NCBI GenBank assembly: GCA_965215185.1
Contig: OZ244034.1
Coordinates: forward strand, 1,024,001-1,088,000
Reading direction: 5' to 3'
Source of the DNA: Acidimicrobiia bacterium
GTDB taxonomy: Bacteria; Actinomycetota; Acidimicrobiia; Spongiisociales; ZC4RG35
DNA length: 64,000 bases
The notes below the pieces were generated by a model, which made no database searches, was not told the DNA's origin, and saw only the letters and a list, made by a program, of their open reading frames with translations. A program made the translations under genes and the position numbers. Positions 17,676 through 27,476 of this stretch are shown here, one piece after another. Positions within the stretch are counted from its first letter, which is position 1. Every line of letters begins with the position of its first letter.

Positions 17676-18884
17676 CTAGCGGTTGACTCGGGTGCGGGCT
17701 ACCCAAGCTTGCAGTTGGTCAACGGTTGGCTCCAGCAGGGTTAGTTCGGCGGATGCGGTTCCGGGCAGATCAGGGTCTTTAATCCCTGTCGATGTGCTGA
17801 TGGCAACCGTCAAGCCCGAGGCGCTAGCCGCAATATCGCGAGCTGCCGCAATCGCAACGGCAGACGAGATCTCCACATACAAGCCGTTCTCGCGCCCCAC
17901 TCGTTCCCTTTCGGCCAGATACCTGTCCTGATCGACCGCCGCGGCGTGCCCGCCGGAGCTACGCAGAACATTGAGGCCTTGCCAGTATGCATAGGTGTTC
18001 CCGATGGACCAGGCCGGAGATTCATGCCGTACTACCCGGGTTCGTTCCTGCGAGTTCGGATCCGGATCGGAGAGGGCCTTGGTAAAGGCTGCACCGGTGC
18101 TGGCTTCCGCGGCCACCAGAGCAGGCATCTTTTTAATGAGACCGGATGCGTGCAATTCTTGGAAACCGCGCCCGATTCCGGACAGGACATCACCCTTAGA
18201 GGTGGGGACGACAACGGTTTCGAGGTCGTCTCCATGGTCCCGGGCGAGTTCATAGGCGATGCTCTTGAAACCCTCGTTCCCGTAAGGGTTGCCACCCACT
18301 CGATCATCGGTAAATGCGGCCGGATACCAGCGGAGTTCCTTGACAGCCGCCTTTAACATGCGGTTGCGGTCGGCGGTTGACCGGTAGCCGATGAACGTGG
18401 CGCCGACACCGGCCAGCAGTTTTTCCATCACGGGGGGGATGCCAACGGTGGTCAGCACTATGCATTCCATCCCCGCCCGGGCTGAGTAGGCAGCGGCCGC
18501 CGCTCCGGCATTTCCACTGGAAGCCACCACCACGGTGGTCGCGCCGAGCTCCCGGGCCTTGGTCAGGGCGGCGCTCATACCACGGTCTTTGTGGGACCAG
18601 GTCGGGTTCGCTGCTTCGTTCTTGATCGCCAGCGGGCCGGAGCCCCGATCGGTGTGGAGTGAAACACTGGGTGTATTCCCCTCGCCGAGTGTCACCGGCT
18701 CCACGTGAGAGGCAATAGGGAGGGTTTCCCGCCACTCATAGAGGCCTCCTCGGAAGTTTCCGAGGTCATAGCCGGTGAGGTCCGCTAGGGGAGGGGCCAA
18801 GTTGACGAAGACGCCTTCTTCAGGGCAGACCGCACACCCCTCGTAGCCGGAGCCGGGTTTACCACATCTCGGGCAATGCAGCAT
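17676..18884 (-). CDS. threonine-synthase-like PLP-dependent enzyme with N-terminal CxxC...CxxC
   Basis: VTLGEGNTP, KNEAANPTWSHKDR, ASSGNAG; ATG 18884 overlaps the upstream TGA. Confidence 0.85.
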   Translation of the reverse strand: MLHCPRCGKPGSGYEGCAVCPEEGVFVNLAPPLADLTGYDLGNFRGGLYEWRETLPIASHVEPVTLGEGNTPSVSLHTDRGSGPLAIKNEAANPTWSHKDRGMSAALTKARELGATTVVVASSGNAGAAAAAYSARAGMECIVLTTVGIPPVMEKLLAGVGATFIGYRSTADRNRMLKAAVKELRWYPAAFTDDRVGGNPYGNEGFKSIAYELARDHGDDLETVVVPTSKGDVLSGIGRGFQELHASGLIKKMPALVAAEASTGAAFTKALSDPDPNSQERTRVVRHESPAWSIGNTYAYWQGLNVLRSSGGHAAAVDQDRYLAERERVGRENGLYVEISSAVAIAAARDIAASASGLTVAISTSTGIKDPDLPGTASAELTLLEPTVDQLQAWVARTRVNR

Positions 18885-19888
18885 CACGCCGGGTCCTTCT
18901 GAGCGATCTCGATGGGGTGCCAGCAGGCATACATGTGTTCCTTCCCTTCCAGTTGGGGTGTGGATGTTTGACACTTGGAGTCGTCACAGCGCTCACATCG
19001 GGGATGAAATGAGCACCCTGCCGGACGCTGCGATGGTTGGGGAGGCTCTCCCTTCAGGGTGGTGCGGGTTCGCTTCTGTGTCTGGTTGACCGACGGTATG
19101 GCGGAGATCAGTGCCTTGGTGTAAGGGTGGCGAGGCTGGCCGAAGACATCCGCCACCGGGCCCTGCTCGACGATACGACCCAGGTACATCACGGCTATCT
19201 CGTCACACACCTGCTCCAGAACGGAAAGGTCATGTGAAACCAGGACAACGGCTACCCCTCGGTCTCGGGCGGCCTTACCTATCAGGGACAGGATCTCCCC
19301 TCGGGTGGATACGTCCAACATCGAGACCGGCTCGTCGGCGATGATCACATTCGGGTCCAGCACCAGGGCCCTGGCAATGGCCACCCGTTGTCGTTCACCT
19401 CCCGACATTTGACTCGGCATCCGGTAGCTGAATATGTCCGGGTCGAGTTCGGCATCAGCGAGGGCGGCTCGAACCCGACGTTCCACCTCCGGTTTGTCTT
19501 TGACTCCCTGTGACTTCAGAGGCTCCGCGACGCTGTCGAAAACGGTAAACCGTGGGTTCAGGGAGTCGTATGGATCTTGGAAGATCAGTTGCACGGCCGA
19601 CCGAACCAGCCGCCACTCTGTCTGGTCGAGTTCGGCCACTTGCATGCCGTGGATGGTGATCGTTCCGTTGCTAACCGGGGCGAGGCCAGTGAGCGCTCTG
19701 GCCAGGGTGGTCTTTCCTGAACCGCTCTCGCCGGCGACCCCAAACACGGTGCCCGGTTGGATCGTCAAATTGATGTCCTGAATGATCTGAACCTGATGCT
19801 TTTTCAGCAGGGTGGACAATCCGCGAGCGGAACTATATACGACTGTGACGTTGCGTACGTCAATTGCGGCGGTTGGGGGGCTACCCAC
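18884..19888 (-). CDS. oligopeptide/dipeptide ABC ATP-binding protein (DppF-like)
   Basis: GESGSGKT, MSGGERQR, DEPVSMLD, HPYTKAL, GCSFHPRC; start GTG 19888 (alternative 19948). Confidence 0.9.
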   Translation of the reverse strand: MGSPPTAAIDVRNVTVVYSSARGLSTLLKKHQVQIIQDINLTIQPGTVFGVAGESGSGKTTLARALTGLAPVSNGTITIHGMQVAELDQTEWRLVRSAVQLIFQDPYDSLNPRFTVFDSVAEPLKSQGVKDKPEVERRVRAALADAELDPDIFSYRMPSQMSGGERQRVAIARALVLDPNVIIADEPVSMLDVSTRGEILSLIGKAARDRGVAVVLVSHDLSVLEQVCDEIAVMYLGRIVEQGPVADVFGQPRHPYTKALISAIPSVNQTQKRTRTTLKGEPPQPSQRPAGCSFHPRCERCDDSKCQTSTPQLEGKEHMYACWHPIEIAQKDPA

Positions 19889-21698
19889 CTGGGGCGTTCC
19901 TGTTTGGTGCTCCCGCTGGTGGCGTTGATGATCCGTGGGCGCTTCCAATCAGCATCCTGGTATACGGGTCTTGGGGGTTGGACACCACCAGATCAGTAGG
20001 CCCGGCTTCAACGACATCACCGTCCTTCATGACTATCAAGGCAGAGCAGGTCTCGGCAACCAGGGCAAGATCGTGGCTCACGATGATGATCGCCGTTCCC
20101 AGTTCCTCACGCACGCGTTCGAGGTCAGCCATAATCTGGTCCTGCACGACCACGTCGAGTCCGGTGGTTGGCTCGTCGGCGACCAGGACCGTTGGCTCCA
20201 GAACCTTGGCCATCGCAATGAGGGCCCTTTGTCTCATACCGCCGCTGTACTGATGCGGGTAGAGCTTGCCGCGAGCCGGGTTGATCCCCACCTGCTGTAG
20301 CGCGGTTGCACACATATCCCTTGCTTCGCTGCGGGTCACATCGCGGTGAACCCGGATCGCTTCGATGATCTGGTTCTCGATCCGTTGCACTGGGTTCAGG
20401 GAGTTCATCGCTGACTGCGGCACGAACGCGAGGTGCTCCCATCGCAGTGAGCGAAGTTCCCGCTCGCTGATTCCATAAAGGTCGCGGCCTTCAAACCACA
20501 GGCGTCCGCTGACGTCCGCGGTTGGGGGGAGTAGTCGAAGAAGGGCGCGAACGGCCGTGGTCTTGCCGGAGCCGCTCTCGCCGACGATGCCGATCATCTC
20601 GCCGGCGTCGAGCCGGAAAGAGATGCCCTTTACGGCCTGAATCTGTTTTTCCTCCGGAGTGCGAGGCTGGTAAGTCACCGCTAGGTTTTCTACGGCAATC
20701 AAGGAATCTGGGGGGCTGCCGTCAACCGAGAGGGACGCGCTTTGTTTCGAAGCCCGCCGGTCGCGGCGGGTAGACATGCCGATGTTGGGACTGTCCGTTT
20801 GTCTGAGGGCACGCTGAATTCCTCGACCGACGCTGTACACCGAGTACATGAAGACCATGAGCGCCAGCCCGGGAAACATCGGCCACCACCACGCCACCCT
20901 CATTCTCTGAGACGTGAAGGCATCGAACATGATGGTGCCCCACGAGAGCGAATCCGGCGGCGCGAAACCGAGGAAGCTCAGAGAAGCCTCTGCCATCACC
21001 GCCTCGGCAATGAGCAACATGCCGTAGACGAGGGTAAGCGCCAGGACATTGGGCGCGATGTGCGTATAGAGCACGCGGCGAGGAGAGGCTCCACCGGCAA
21101 TGGCGGCTTTCACGAAGGTTCGTTCCTTGGTTGTAAGCACCTGGGATCGAATTACGCGTGCCGTGGTGCGCCAGAACAGGAGTCCAATCACCGCTATCAG
21201 GATCAAGTCGGTGCGCCCAACGATTCCCACCAAAACGATGGCGAACGGCAGGAAGGGCAGAGCGTAGGCGGCGTCCGTTGTCCGCATCAGCAGGTTGTCG
21301 ACGCGACCACCGCGAAAACCAGCGATCAGTCCCACGTTGGTGCCTATGAAGACCGCCATGAAGGCGGCGATGGCCCCGACCGTTATAGTCCGCCGGGTTC
21401 CGACGATCAACTGGCTGAGGATGTCGCGACCGAAGTTGGTGGTGCCCATCCAATAGTCTCGTTGCGGTGGCAACAGCCTGGCCAGTTCTCCGTCGGCAGT
21501 ACGGAGTCGCTCCTGCGGATCGTAGGGGGCGATGATCGGGGCAAAGATGGCCACCACCACAATCAGGCCGAAAATGATCAGGCCAACCCGCACGTTATTT
21601 TCTCTCAGCGCCTTTCGGATCGGGCTGGGAGGCCGAGCAACGCGGTTGGAGGAGGTGTGCTCGGCATTGGCGGCGGGGTCGGTCTGACGCTCGGTCAT
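19881..21698 (-). CDS. fused peptide ABC permease (DppC) + ATP-binding (DppD) protein
   Basis: N-terminal GTTNFGRDI...EAA-like loop...EASLSFLG; C-terminal GESGSGKT, HQYSGGMRQR, ADEPTTGLDV. Confidence 0.88.
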   Translation of the reverse strand: MTERQTDPAANAEHTSSNRVARPPSPIRKALRENNVRVGLIIFGLIVVVAIFAPIIAPYDPQERLRTADGELARLLPPQRDYWMGTTNFGRDILSQLIVGTRRTITVGAIAAFMAVFIGTNVGLIAGFRGGRVDNLLMRTTDAAYALPFLPFAIVLVGIVGRTDLILIAVIGLLFWRTTARVIRSQVLTTKERTFVKAAIAGGASPRRVLYTHIAPNVLALTLVYGMLLIAEAVMAEASLSFLGFAPPDSLSWGTIMFDAFTSQRMRVAWWWPMFPGLALMVFMYSVYSVGRGIQRALRQTDSPNIGMSTRRDRRASKQSASLSVDGSPPDSLIAVENLAVTYQPRTPEEKQIQAVKGISFRLDAGEMIGIVGESGSGKTTAVRALLRLLPPTADVSGRLWFEGRDLYGISERELRSLRWEHLAFVPQSAMNSLNPVQRIENQIIEAIRVHRDVTRSEARDMCATALQQVGINPARGKLYPHQYSGGMRQRALIAMAKVLEPTVLVADEPTTGLDVVVQDQIMADLERVREELGTAIIIVSHDLALVAETCSALIVMKDGDVVEAGPTDLVVSNPQDPYTRMLIGSAHGSSTPPAGAPNRNAPGG

Positions 21699-22663
21699 GT
21701 CAGACGGACCCTCGGGTCCAGATACGTATACAGGATGTCTGCAAAGGCATTAACCATGATTGCCAGCGCCGCGATCGCCATGAAGGTTCCCTGCATCATG
21801 GGATAGTCGAAGCGGTTGACCGCATCAACTATCTCTCGGCCCATTCCCGGCCAGGAGAAGACGATCTCGATGATCACGGACCCTGCTATGAGGTGACCGG
21901 CGATCGACGGAATAAGGCTGACCATGGGCAATAGGGAGTTCCGCGCGGCGTGGAGGGTGATCCGGGATCGGGAGAATCCCTTGGCATGACCGAACTCGAC
22001 GAAGTCGTCGTTGAGTACCTCGGTCATCGAGGTTCTCATGGTCAGCAGAGGCTCGACAGTGAAGATTGCCGCCAGGATCACCAACGGCAGTATCAGGTGG
22101 GACAGTACGTCGCCTGTGAAGAATCGCTGGAATCCTTCGATACGAGGGGCTCCCGGGGTTGTCATGCCGCCCGATGGGGTGAGCCCCAGCCACAGGCTGA
22201 ACATAACCAGCGCCATCGTGGCGATCCAGAACGACGGCGCCGACTTCACAGAAAGGAAAAACTGTGTGATGAGGCGGTCGATGCGTGAGTGTGGACGCGC
22301 CGCTGTGTACGAGCCCAGCAAGGCGCCGAGGGCAAAGGCGATCAGCATTGCGGGCAGGACCAGCACGGCCGTATTTGCCAGCTTCTCGGCCAGTACCGTC
22401 GACACCGGTACCCGGTAGCGAAAAGACATACCCAGGTCGCCCTGGACCGCATTGGTCAGGTACGACCAGTACTGCACTCCCAGGGAGCGATCTAGTCCGA
22501 AGGACGCACGAATGGAGTCGGCGGCGCTGGCCTCGATCTCGGGTCCGATCAGCACCAGACTGGGATCGCCAGGCACCGCCCGGAACAAGAAAAACGTCAC
22601 GGTGATGACAATCCACAGAGTGAACAACATAACGCCGAGCCGTTTTGTCAGGTACTGGGTCAC
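21695..22663 (-). CDS. peptide ABC transporter permease (DppB-like)
   Basis: PGDP, FGLD...QY, GDLGMSF, AKG...HAARNSLLP, FSWPGMG. Confidence 0.92.
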   Translation of the reverse strand: MTQYLTKRLGVMLFTLWIVITVTFFLFRAVPGDPSLVLIGPEIEASAADSIRASFGLDRSLGVQYWSYLTNAVQGDLGMSFRYRVPVSTVLAEKLANTAVLVLPAMLIAFALGALLGSYTAARPHSRIDRLITQFFLSVKSAPSFWIATMALVMFSLWLGLTPSGGMTTPGAPRIEGFQRFFTGDVLSHLILPLVILAAIFTVEPLLTMRTSMTEVLNDDFVEFGHAKGFSRSRITLHAARNSLLPMVSLIPSIAGHLIAGSVIIEIVFSWPGMGREIVDAVNRFDYPMMQGTFMAIAALAIMVNAFADILYTYLDPRVRLT

Positions 22664-22691
22664 CTAATCCCTCTTTCATCTATTAAAGACG

Positions 22692-22723
22692 TGGGGCAGG
22701 CAGCCGAGTGGCCGCCTGCCCCA
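22692..22723 (-). terminator. stem-loop after substrate-binding gene (attenuator or mRNA stabiliser)
   Basis: TGGGGCAGGC...GCCTGCCCCA 10-bp inverted repeat. Confidence 0.6.
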
Positions 22724-22755
22724 AATGCTATTCGGACAACGCTATCGGGCAACGC

Positions 22756-24486
22756 TTATGATGCGCAGAAGCTCATGTCTCGATTGTCCGCATCTGACGG
22801 TGGATAGTAGAGGGTCCCGTCGTCACCGAACACATACCCGGCCGCCTCCAAGTGGGAGCGAGCAGCGTCGACGTCGTATGGGACGGGTCCCACATCGGGA
22901 TTGGCCCACAACGGAGGAGCGATGATCCCCTTGGAGACCGCCGCCACGCCCTCGTACACGATGTCGATCATGTCCTCGGTGGGAACCAGATACGACAGCG
23001 CGATCCGCATGTGCAGGTCGCAGAAGGGCTCGCGCCGCATGTTGTAGTGCAGGGCGTTGACACCGTGTCCGGTGTTGGACTCGATGGAAACTCCCTCGAC
23101 GCCTTCGATCAACGACAACTGGGTCAGGCTGACGAAGTCGCCCAGAACGTCGATTTCTTGGGTCTCGATTGCCGCCAGCAATCCATCCAGACTTCCGAAG
23201 ACCGCCCATATCAGACCTGATGCGGCCGGTGGGCTGAAGTGATCGGTATGTGCCATCAACCGCAGGTCCTCACCGAGTGCCCTCGACTCGAACTTGAACG
23301 GACCGGAGCCAACCGGCTCGTCATTGGCAAAGGCCGACGGGTCATCGATAGCAGACCAGATGTGCTCGGGAAGGATCGGGACCTGTGCCAGCGCCGTGGT
23401 GGCGAAAGCCGCGTTGGGCGCCGAAAGGGTGATCTCCACATTGTTGCCGTCGGCTGTCACCGACTCGACCGGCCCCAGGCGTCCTCCGTACAGCGGGGAC
23501 TCCTTTTCAACCAGGTAGTTGAAGGTGAAGGCCACGTCTTGGCCGGTAACCGCTTCGCCGTCGTGGAAGGTCATGCCGTCCCGCAGCGTCACGGACACCG
23601 TGGCGCCGTCGATGCTGTAGTCCGAGGCCGCCCAGTTGACCAGGTCACCGTCGGGACCGATCCGCAGCAGCGGGTCGTACATGTGAGCGATGGTGACTGC
23701 GGCTTCCGATGTAGCTGCAACGACCGGGTTGAGCGTATCAGCCCCGGACGTGAGGCCGATAACCAGCGGATCAGAGTGGCCGACGGGGGTCAAGCTGATC
23801 GCGTTCCAGAAGTGATAAACGGGCGTTCCCACCGACTTGACGAAGTTCGTCCATTCGGCGCTGTTGTATGCCCCGCCGATCACGATATGGATGAAGGGCG
23901 CCACCGGCTGATGATCGAAGAGCAGTTGCTGCATCTCGTGCACCGCGGCCAGCCGTTCCTCGAAGCTGGTGGCATTGACCTGAGTCTGGTAGAGATCGTC
24001 GTAGGCCGGGTTGGTATAGCCGGAGAGATTGGAGCCGTCTATTACCGCCTTGCCGGTGGTGAACCGGGCCAGGAAGTTCTCCGGATCCAAGCGGTCGGTG
24101 GTCGGGTCGTAGATGATGATGTAGACATCGAAGTCCTTGACCGTGAAGCCACGCCGTCCGAGCTCGGAGCTTTCGAGCGGCTCGATCTCGGCCGGGATGC
24201 CGGCGGCAGTCCACGACTCGGCAATTAGGCGAGCCTGTTCATACCGCGGCGGCCCTTCGGCGGCCGTCTTGGTGATGATCCGCAGCGTCGGCACCGGGCG
24301 CAGTTCCTCAGCCTCCTCCATGGGTGCCTCGGTGGTGGTGGGCGCTTCAGCGGCGGCGGCGGTGGTGGTTGGTGCTGCGGTCGGTGCGGTTTCCTCTTCA
24401 CCGCCGCATGCGGCCGCAATCAGCGCGAAGACGGCGAAATACGCCACCCAGCGGGACCATTGCGGTCTCTTGTATTGCAGGTTCAT
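22756..24486 (-). CDS. ABC transporter substrate-binding lipoprotein, family 5 (peptide/nickel)
   Basis: Lipobox AAAC, LRDGMTFHDG..VTGQDVAFT, PVGSGPFK; SD AAAGGAG. Confidence 0.88.
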   Translation of the reverse strand: MNLQYKRPQWSRWVAYFAVFALIAAACGGEEETAPTAAPTTTAAAAEAPTTTEAPMEEAEELRPVPTLRIITKTAAEGPPRYEQARLIAESWTAAGIPAEIEPLESSELGRRGFTVKDFDVYIIIYDPTTDRLDPENFLARFTTGKAVIDGSNLSGYTNPAYDDLYQTQVNATSFEERLAAVHEMQQLLFDHQPVAPFIHIVIGGAYNSAEWTNFVKSVGTPVYHFWNAISLTPVGHSDPLVIGLTSGADTLNPVVAATSEAAVTIAHMYDPLLRIGPDGDLVNWAASDYSIDGATVSVTLRDGMTFHDGEAVTGQDVAFTFNYLVEKESPLYGGRLGPVESVTADGNNVEITLSAPNAAFATTALAQVPILPEHIWSAIDDPSAFANDEPVGSGPFKFESRALGEDLRLMAHTDHFSPPAASGLIWAVFGSLDGLLAAIETQEIDVLGDFVSLTQLSLIEGVEGVSIESNTGHGVNALHYNMRREPFCDLHMRIALSYLVPTEDMIDIVYEGVAAVSKGIIAPPLWANPDVGPVPYDVDAARSHLEAAGYVFGDDGTLYYPPSDADNRDMSFCAS

Positions 24487-24558
24487 TGTGTTTCTCCTTT
24501 AACCAGGATCCGTGAGCATTTGTTGTGGCTGCTCTCAAGGTCGCAGTCATGTGTCGGG

Positions 24559-25806
24559 TTATCTTTGATGGGTGATCTCGTCGGTGGGTTGGGCTGGGGA
24601 GACGGCGGTTGCGATGTAAGAATCGATGTTCTCGTCGAACCGCTCGGAAGCCATGAAATTGACCGAATCTATAGCCTCGACGTGAACGAATGCCTCATCC
24701 AGGAACCGCACTTTACGTTGGAGAGTCTTCTGCACAACTTCTCCAACGGTATGGCCGTCTCCCACTGAGAGTCTCGAGTCGACGCCGATCGAGATGTCGG
24801 AGCGGACACGGTGCCCCATCCACCTCACCTGGCAACTGTTGACGCTGAGCACCCCTTTGACCGAGATCGCGACGCTTTCGATCTCGTCAACCAACTCCGG
24901 CTGGACGGCGTCCATGAGTCGTCCGTAGATGTCACGCGCCGCCGACCACATGACGCGCAGGATCACGATACCCACGATGATGCCTGCGATTGGGTCGGCA
25001 CGTTCAAAGCCCAGCCAAACACCGACCGCACTGGCGGCCACCGCCAACGAAGTGAACCCGTCAGCACGGGCATGACGTCCGTCGGCGATGAGAGCTGCCG
25101 AACCGATCGCCCTCCCGACGCGAATGCGATATAGGGCTACCAGTTCATTGCCGAGAAAACCCACTACTCCAGCGCCAAAGAGCACACCGAGGTGTTCGAG
25201 TTCGCGTGGATTGAAGAGCCGATCAATCGACTCCCAGAGAACCACGACCGCCGATATGAGGATCATCAACACCACAAAAAGCCCGGCAAGATCCTCCGCT
25301 CGGCGATACCCGTAGGTGTAGCGACGGGTCGCTGCCCTCCTCCCCATCCGAAACGCTATGAATAGAGGCACAGCGGTGAGTGCGTCCGAGAAGTTGTGAA
25401 TGGTATCAGCGATCAGGGACACCGAACCGGTGATCAAGACAATCCACGCCTGGATCACCGCGGTCACCATCAATACGGAGAACGAGATAATGAGCGCCCG
25501 GATACCCCGAGCGCTGCTTTCAAGGGCGCTGTCGATTGACTCGGCAGGGTCATGTGAGTGCATTCCGAACAACTCGCTCAATCCATGCTTGATCCCCGAC
25601 CAAAGCGAGTTTTTGGAGTCATGGCTGTGAGGGTGATCATGCCCGTGGCTATCTGCATGGGAATGTGACGACTTCGGGCCGGACTCGCCTAGGGAATGTG
25701 CGTGTGGCTTTTCCTCCGACCCGTTGTCCTTAGCGGACGGGGCGAATAGACCTCCCCCTGATTGAGGGTCGGTGTCGTGTTGGTGATCTGATCCCGTATC
25801 TTCCAC
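24559..25806 (-). CDS. cation diffusion facilitator transporter with His-rich N-terminus
   Basis: SVSLIADTIHNFSD, YTYGYRRAE, ADGRHARAD; HSHADSHGHDHPHSHD tract. Confidence 0.92.
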   Translation of the reverse strand: MEDTGSDHQHDTDPQSGGGLFAPSAKDNGSEEKPHAHSLGESGPKSSHSHADSHGHDHPHSHDSKNSLWSGIKHGLSELFGMHSHDPAESIDSALESSARGIRALIISFSVLMVTAVIQAWIVLITGSVSLIADTIHNFSDALTAVPLFIAFRMGRRAATRRYTYGYRRAEDLAGLFVVLMILISAVVVLWESIDRLFNPRELEHLGVLFGAGVVGFLGNELVALYRIRVGRAIGSAALIADGRHARADGFTSLAVAASAVGVWLGFERADPIAGIIVGIVILRVMWSAARDIYGRLMDAVQPELVDEIESVAISVKGVLSVNSCQVRWMGHRVRSDISIGVDSRLSVGDGHTVGEVVQKTLQRKVRFLDEAFVHVEAIDSVNFMASERFDENIDSYIATAVSPAQPTDEITHQR

Positions 25807-25855
25807 CTTAACTCCCTTAATTCCGAAATTGCGTGCGGACGTTATTGCGACACCT

Positions 25856-25894
25856 ACTATATTCCCATTAGATCACAGTTGCAACTGATAGCAA
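25856..25894 (-). promoter_or_regulatory. promoter TTGCAA-N17-TATAGT with palindrome CAGTTGCAACTG (25876-25887) over the -35
   Basis: Read directly upstream of the CDF gene. Confidence 0.55.
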
Positions 25895-26060
25895 TAAATA
25901 GAAAGATGGCCGCCAGGGGATAGGGATTGGGTGTTGAAAGGACCTCCCTCGCACGAGGTGTCTTGTTGGTGGTCAAGTGCTGTTGCCTTCCAGGAGACCG
26001 CCTCGCCCCCGCCTGGGATGTTCTCGACGCCACCACTCCAGCCACCTTTAGACTGGAGGT

Positions 26061-27344
26061 TTGGTGACAGATTCCAAGCCATTCGACCCGCAGCTACTTG
26101 AGCGGATACGAGAGCGGTTCCATTTCGCAGACCAGGATCCTGTGTCAAGTCGCCGCGTATTCCTCGATGCAGCCGCAGGGTCACTGCGTCTGAAACAGGC
26201 CGTGAGCACCCTGGCCGAGATGAGTCGATGGCCCGACGCCGCATGGCGTCCCAGCCCCGGGTCAATACAGGTGGACACTTCGGTAGAGCGGGGAATGGCG
26301 TCGGTTCGCGAATTCCTCGGTGGTGGCGACCGGGTGGTCATGCCGGCGATGAGCGCGGTACATGCCATTTTCCGTGTCGTTGGGGCCGTGTTGGCTGGGG
26401 GAGGGGGTGACAACATCGTGACCACTGACCTCGATCATCCGGCTGCATTCGATGCAGCGCATTTCTTCGGCCGTCAATTCGGAAAGCAAGTCCGCGTGGC
26501 TCCGCTGGACGCCGCCACAGGCAGGGTATCGGCTTCTAGCGTGCTGGATCTTGTTGATGAAGGGACCGATGGGATAGTCGTCACCCACGCATCGAATGAC
26601 ACGGGCGCGGTGGTGGATTGGGCTGAGATCGCCGCCGGGGCACGTTTGCGAAACCCCGACATGTTCACTATTGTCGACGGCGTCCAGTACGCGGCACACC
26701 GCCCGGTCGATGTCGACCGGTTAGGCGTTGATGCCTACATATTCGCGCCGTACAAAGTGTTCGGTATCAAGGGCATCGGCTTTGGTGTCCTTTCCGACCG
26801 CCTGGCGGCTCTCCCACACTGGAAAATGGAGGGAGCGCCACCCAATTCATGGAAGCTGGGGTCCATGGAGGACGCCACCTACGCCGCCTGGGGCGAGGTG
26901 GTGGACTACTTGGAGTGGCTGGGCGGGGAGTTGGGTGATCCGGCTGATCGTCGCGAAGCAGTGCTAATCGCCATGCAGGCCACTGCCCAGCATGATGCCT
27001 TCCTCCTTGAGCGATTCTGGCGCGGCTCGAATGCCACGCCGGGACTGGCCCACATCCCGGGGGTGCGCACCCACGGAGCATCGGACGGCATTGGGAACCG
27101 CATCTGCATCATGATGCTCAGCTTTGAGGCGGTCGATGCGGACACCGCCGTAAGGATGTATGAGCTATCCGGCATCGGCGTAAGAGTTCGGAACATGGAC
27201 GCGTATTCGGGCCGTGTGCTGACAGCTCTCGGCTGTGGCCCGGTAGTACGAGTGTCGACATGCCACTACACGACGCCGACCGAAGTCGATACATTCTTGG
27301 AGGTCACTGCTGCGATAGCGGCCGGTACCCACCCGTCCCGGTGA
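26061..27344 (+). CDS. aminotransferase class V / cysteine-desulfurase-like PLP enzyme
   Basis: FLDAAAG, DHPA, THASNDTG, VDGVQ, FAPYK, VRVS..HY. Confidence 0.85.
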   Translation: MVTDSKPFDPQLLERIRERFHFADQDPVSSRRVFLDAAAGSLRLKQAVSTLAEMSRWPDAAWRPSPGSIQVDTSVERGMASVREFLGGGDRVVMPAMSAVHAIFRVVGAVLAGGGGDNIVTTDLDHPAAFDAAHFFGRQFGKQVRVAPLDAATGRVSASSVLDLVDEGTDGIVVTHASNDTGAVVDWAEIAAGARLRNPDMFTIVDGVQYAAHRPVDVDRLGVDAYIFAPYKVFGIKGIGFGVLSDRLAALPHWKMEGAPPNSWKLGSMEDATYAAWGEVVDYLEWLGGELGDPADRREAVLIAMQATAQHDAFLLERFWRGSNATPGLAHIPGVRTHGASDGIGNRICIMMLSFEAVDADTAVRMYELSGIGVRVRNMDAYSGRVLTALGCGPVVRVSTCHYTTPTEVDTFLEVTAAIAAGTHPSR

Positions 27345-27476
27345 TTCCGTCAAACATTTCTGACCGGACCGAACTGGACCGGGGCAGCCTTTAAAGGAAG
27401 AGGGTGTGATGGGGTCGGAGCAAACCTATTCATCCCGGTCGATCCAGGCGGGTCTGGGCGGGCGCGCTAGGCGGGG

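Noticed and set aside
19881-21698. DppC-DppD fusion as a novelty
   Set aside because: Such fusions are common in actinobacterial peptide ABC operons
25807-26060. NiCo (czcD) or glycine riboswitch near the CDF/aminotransferase genes; exact Nur box
   Set aside because: No aptamer consensus recognised; the inverted repeat has N4 spacing rather than the N5 I recall for Streptomyces Nur
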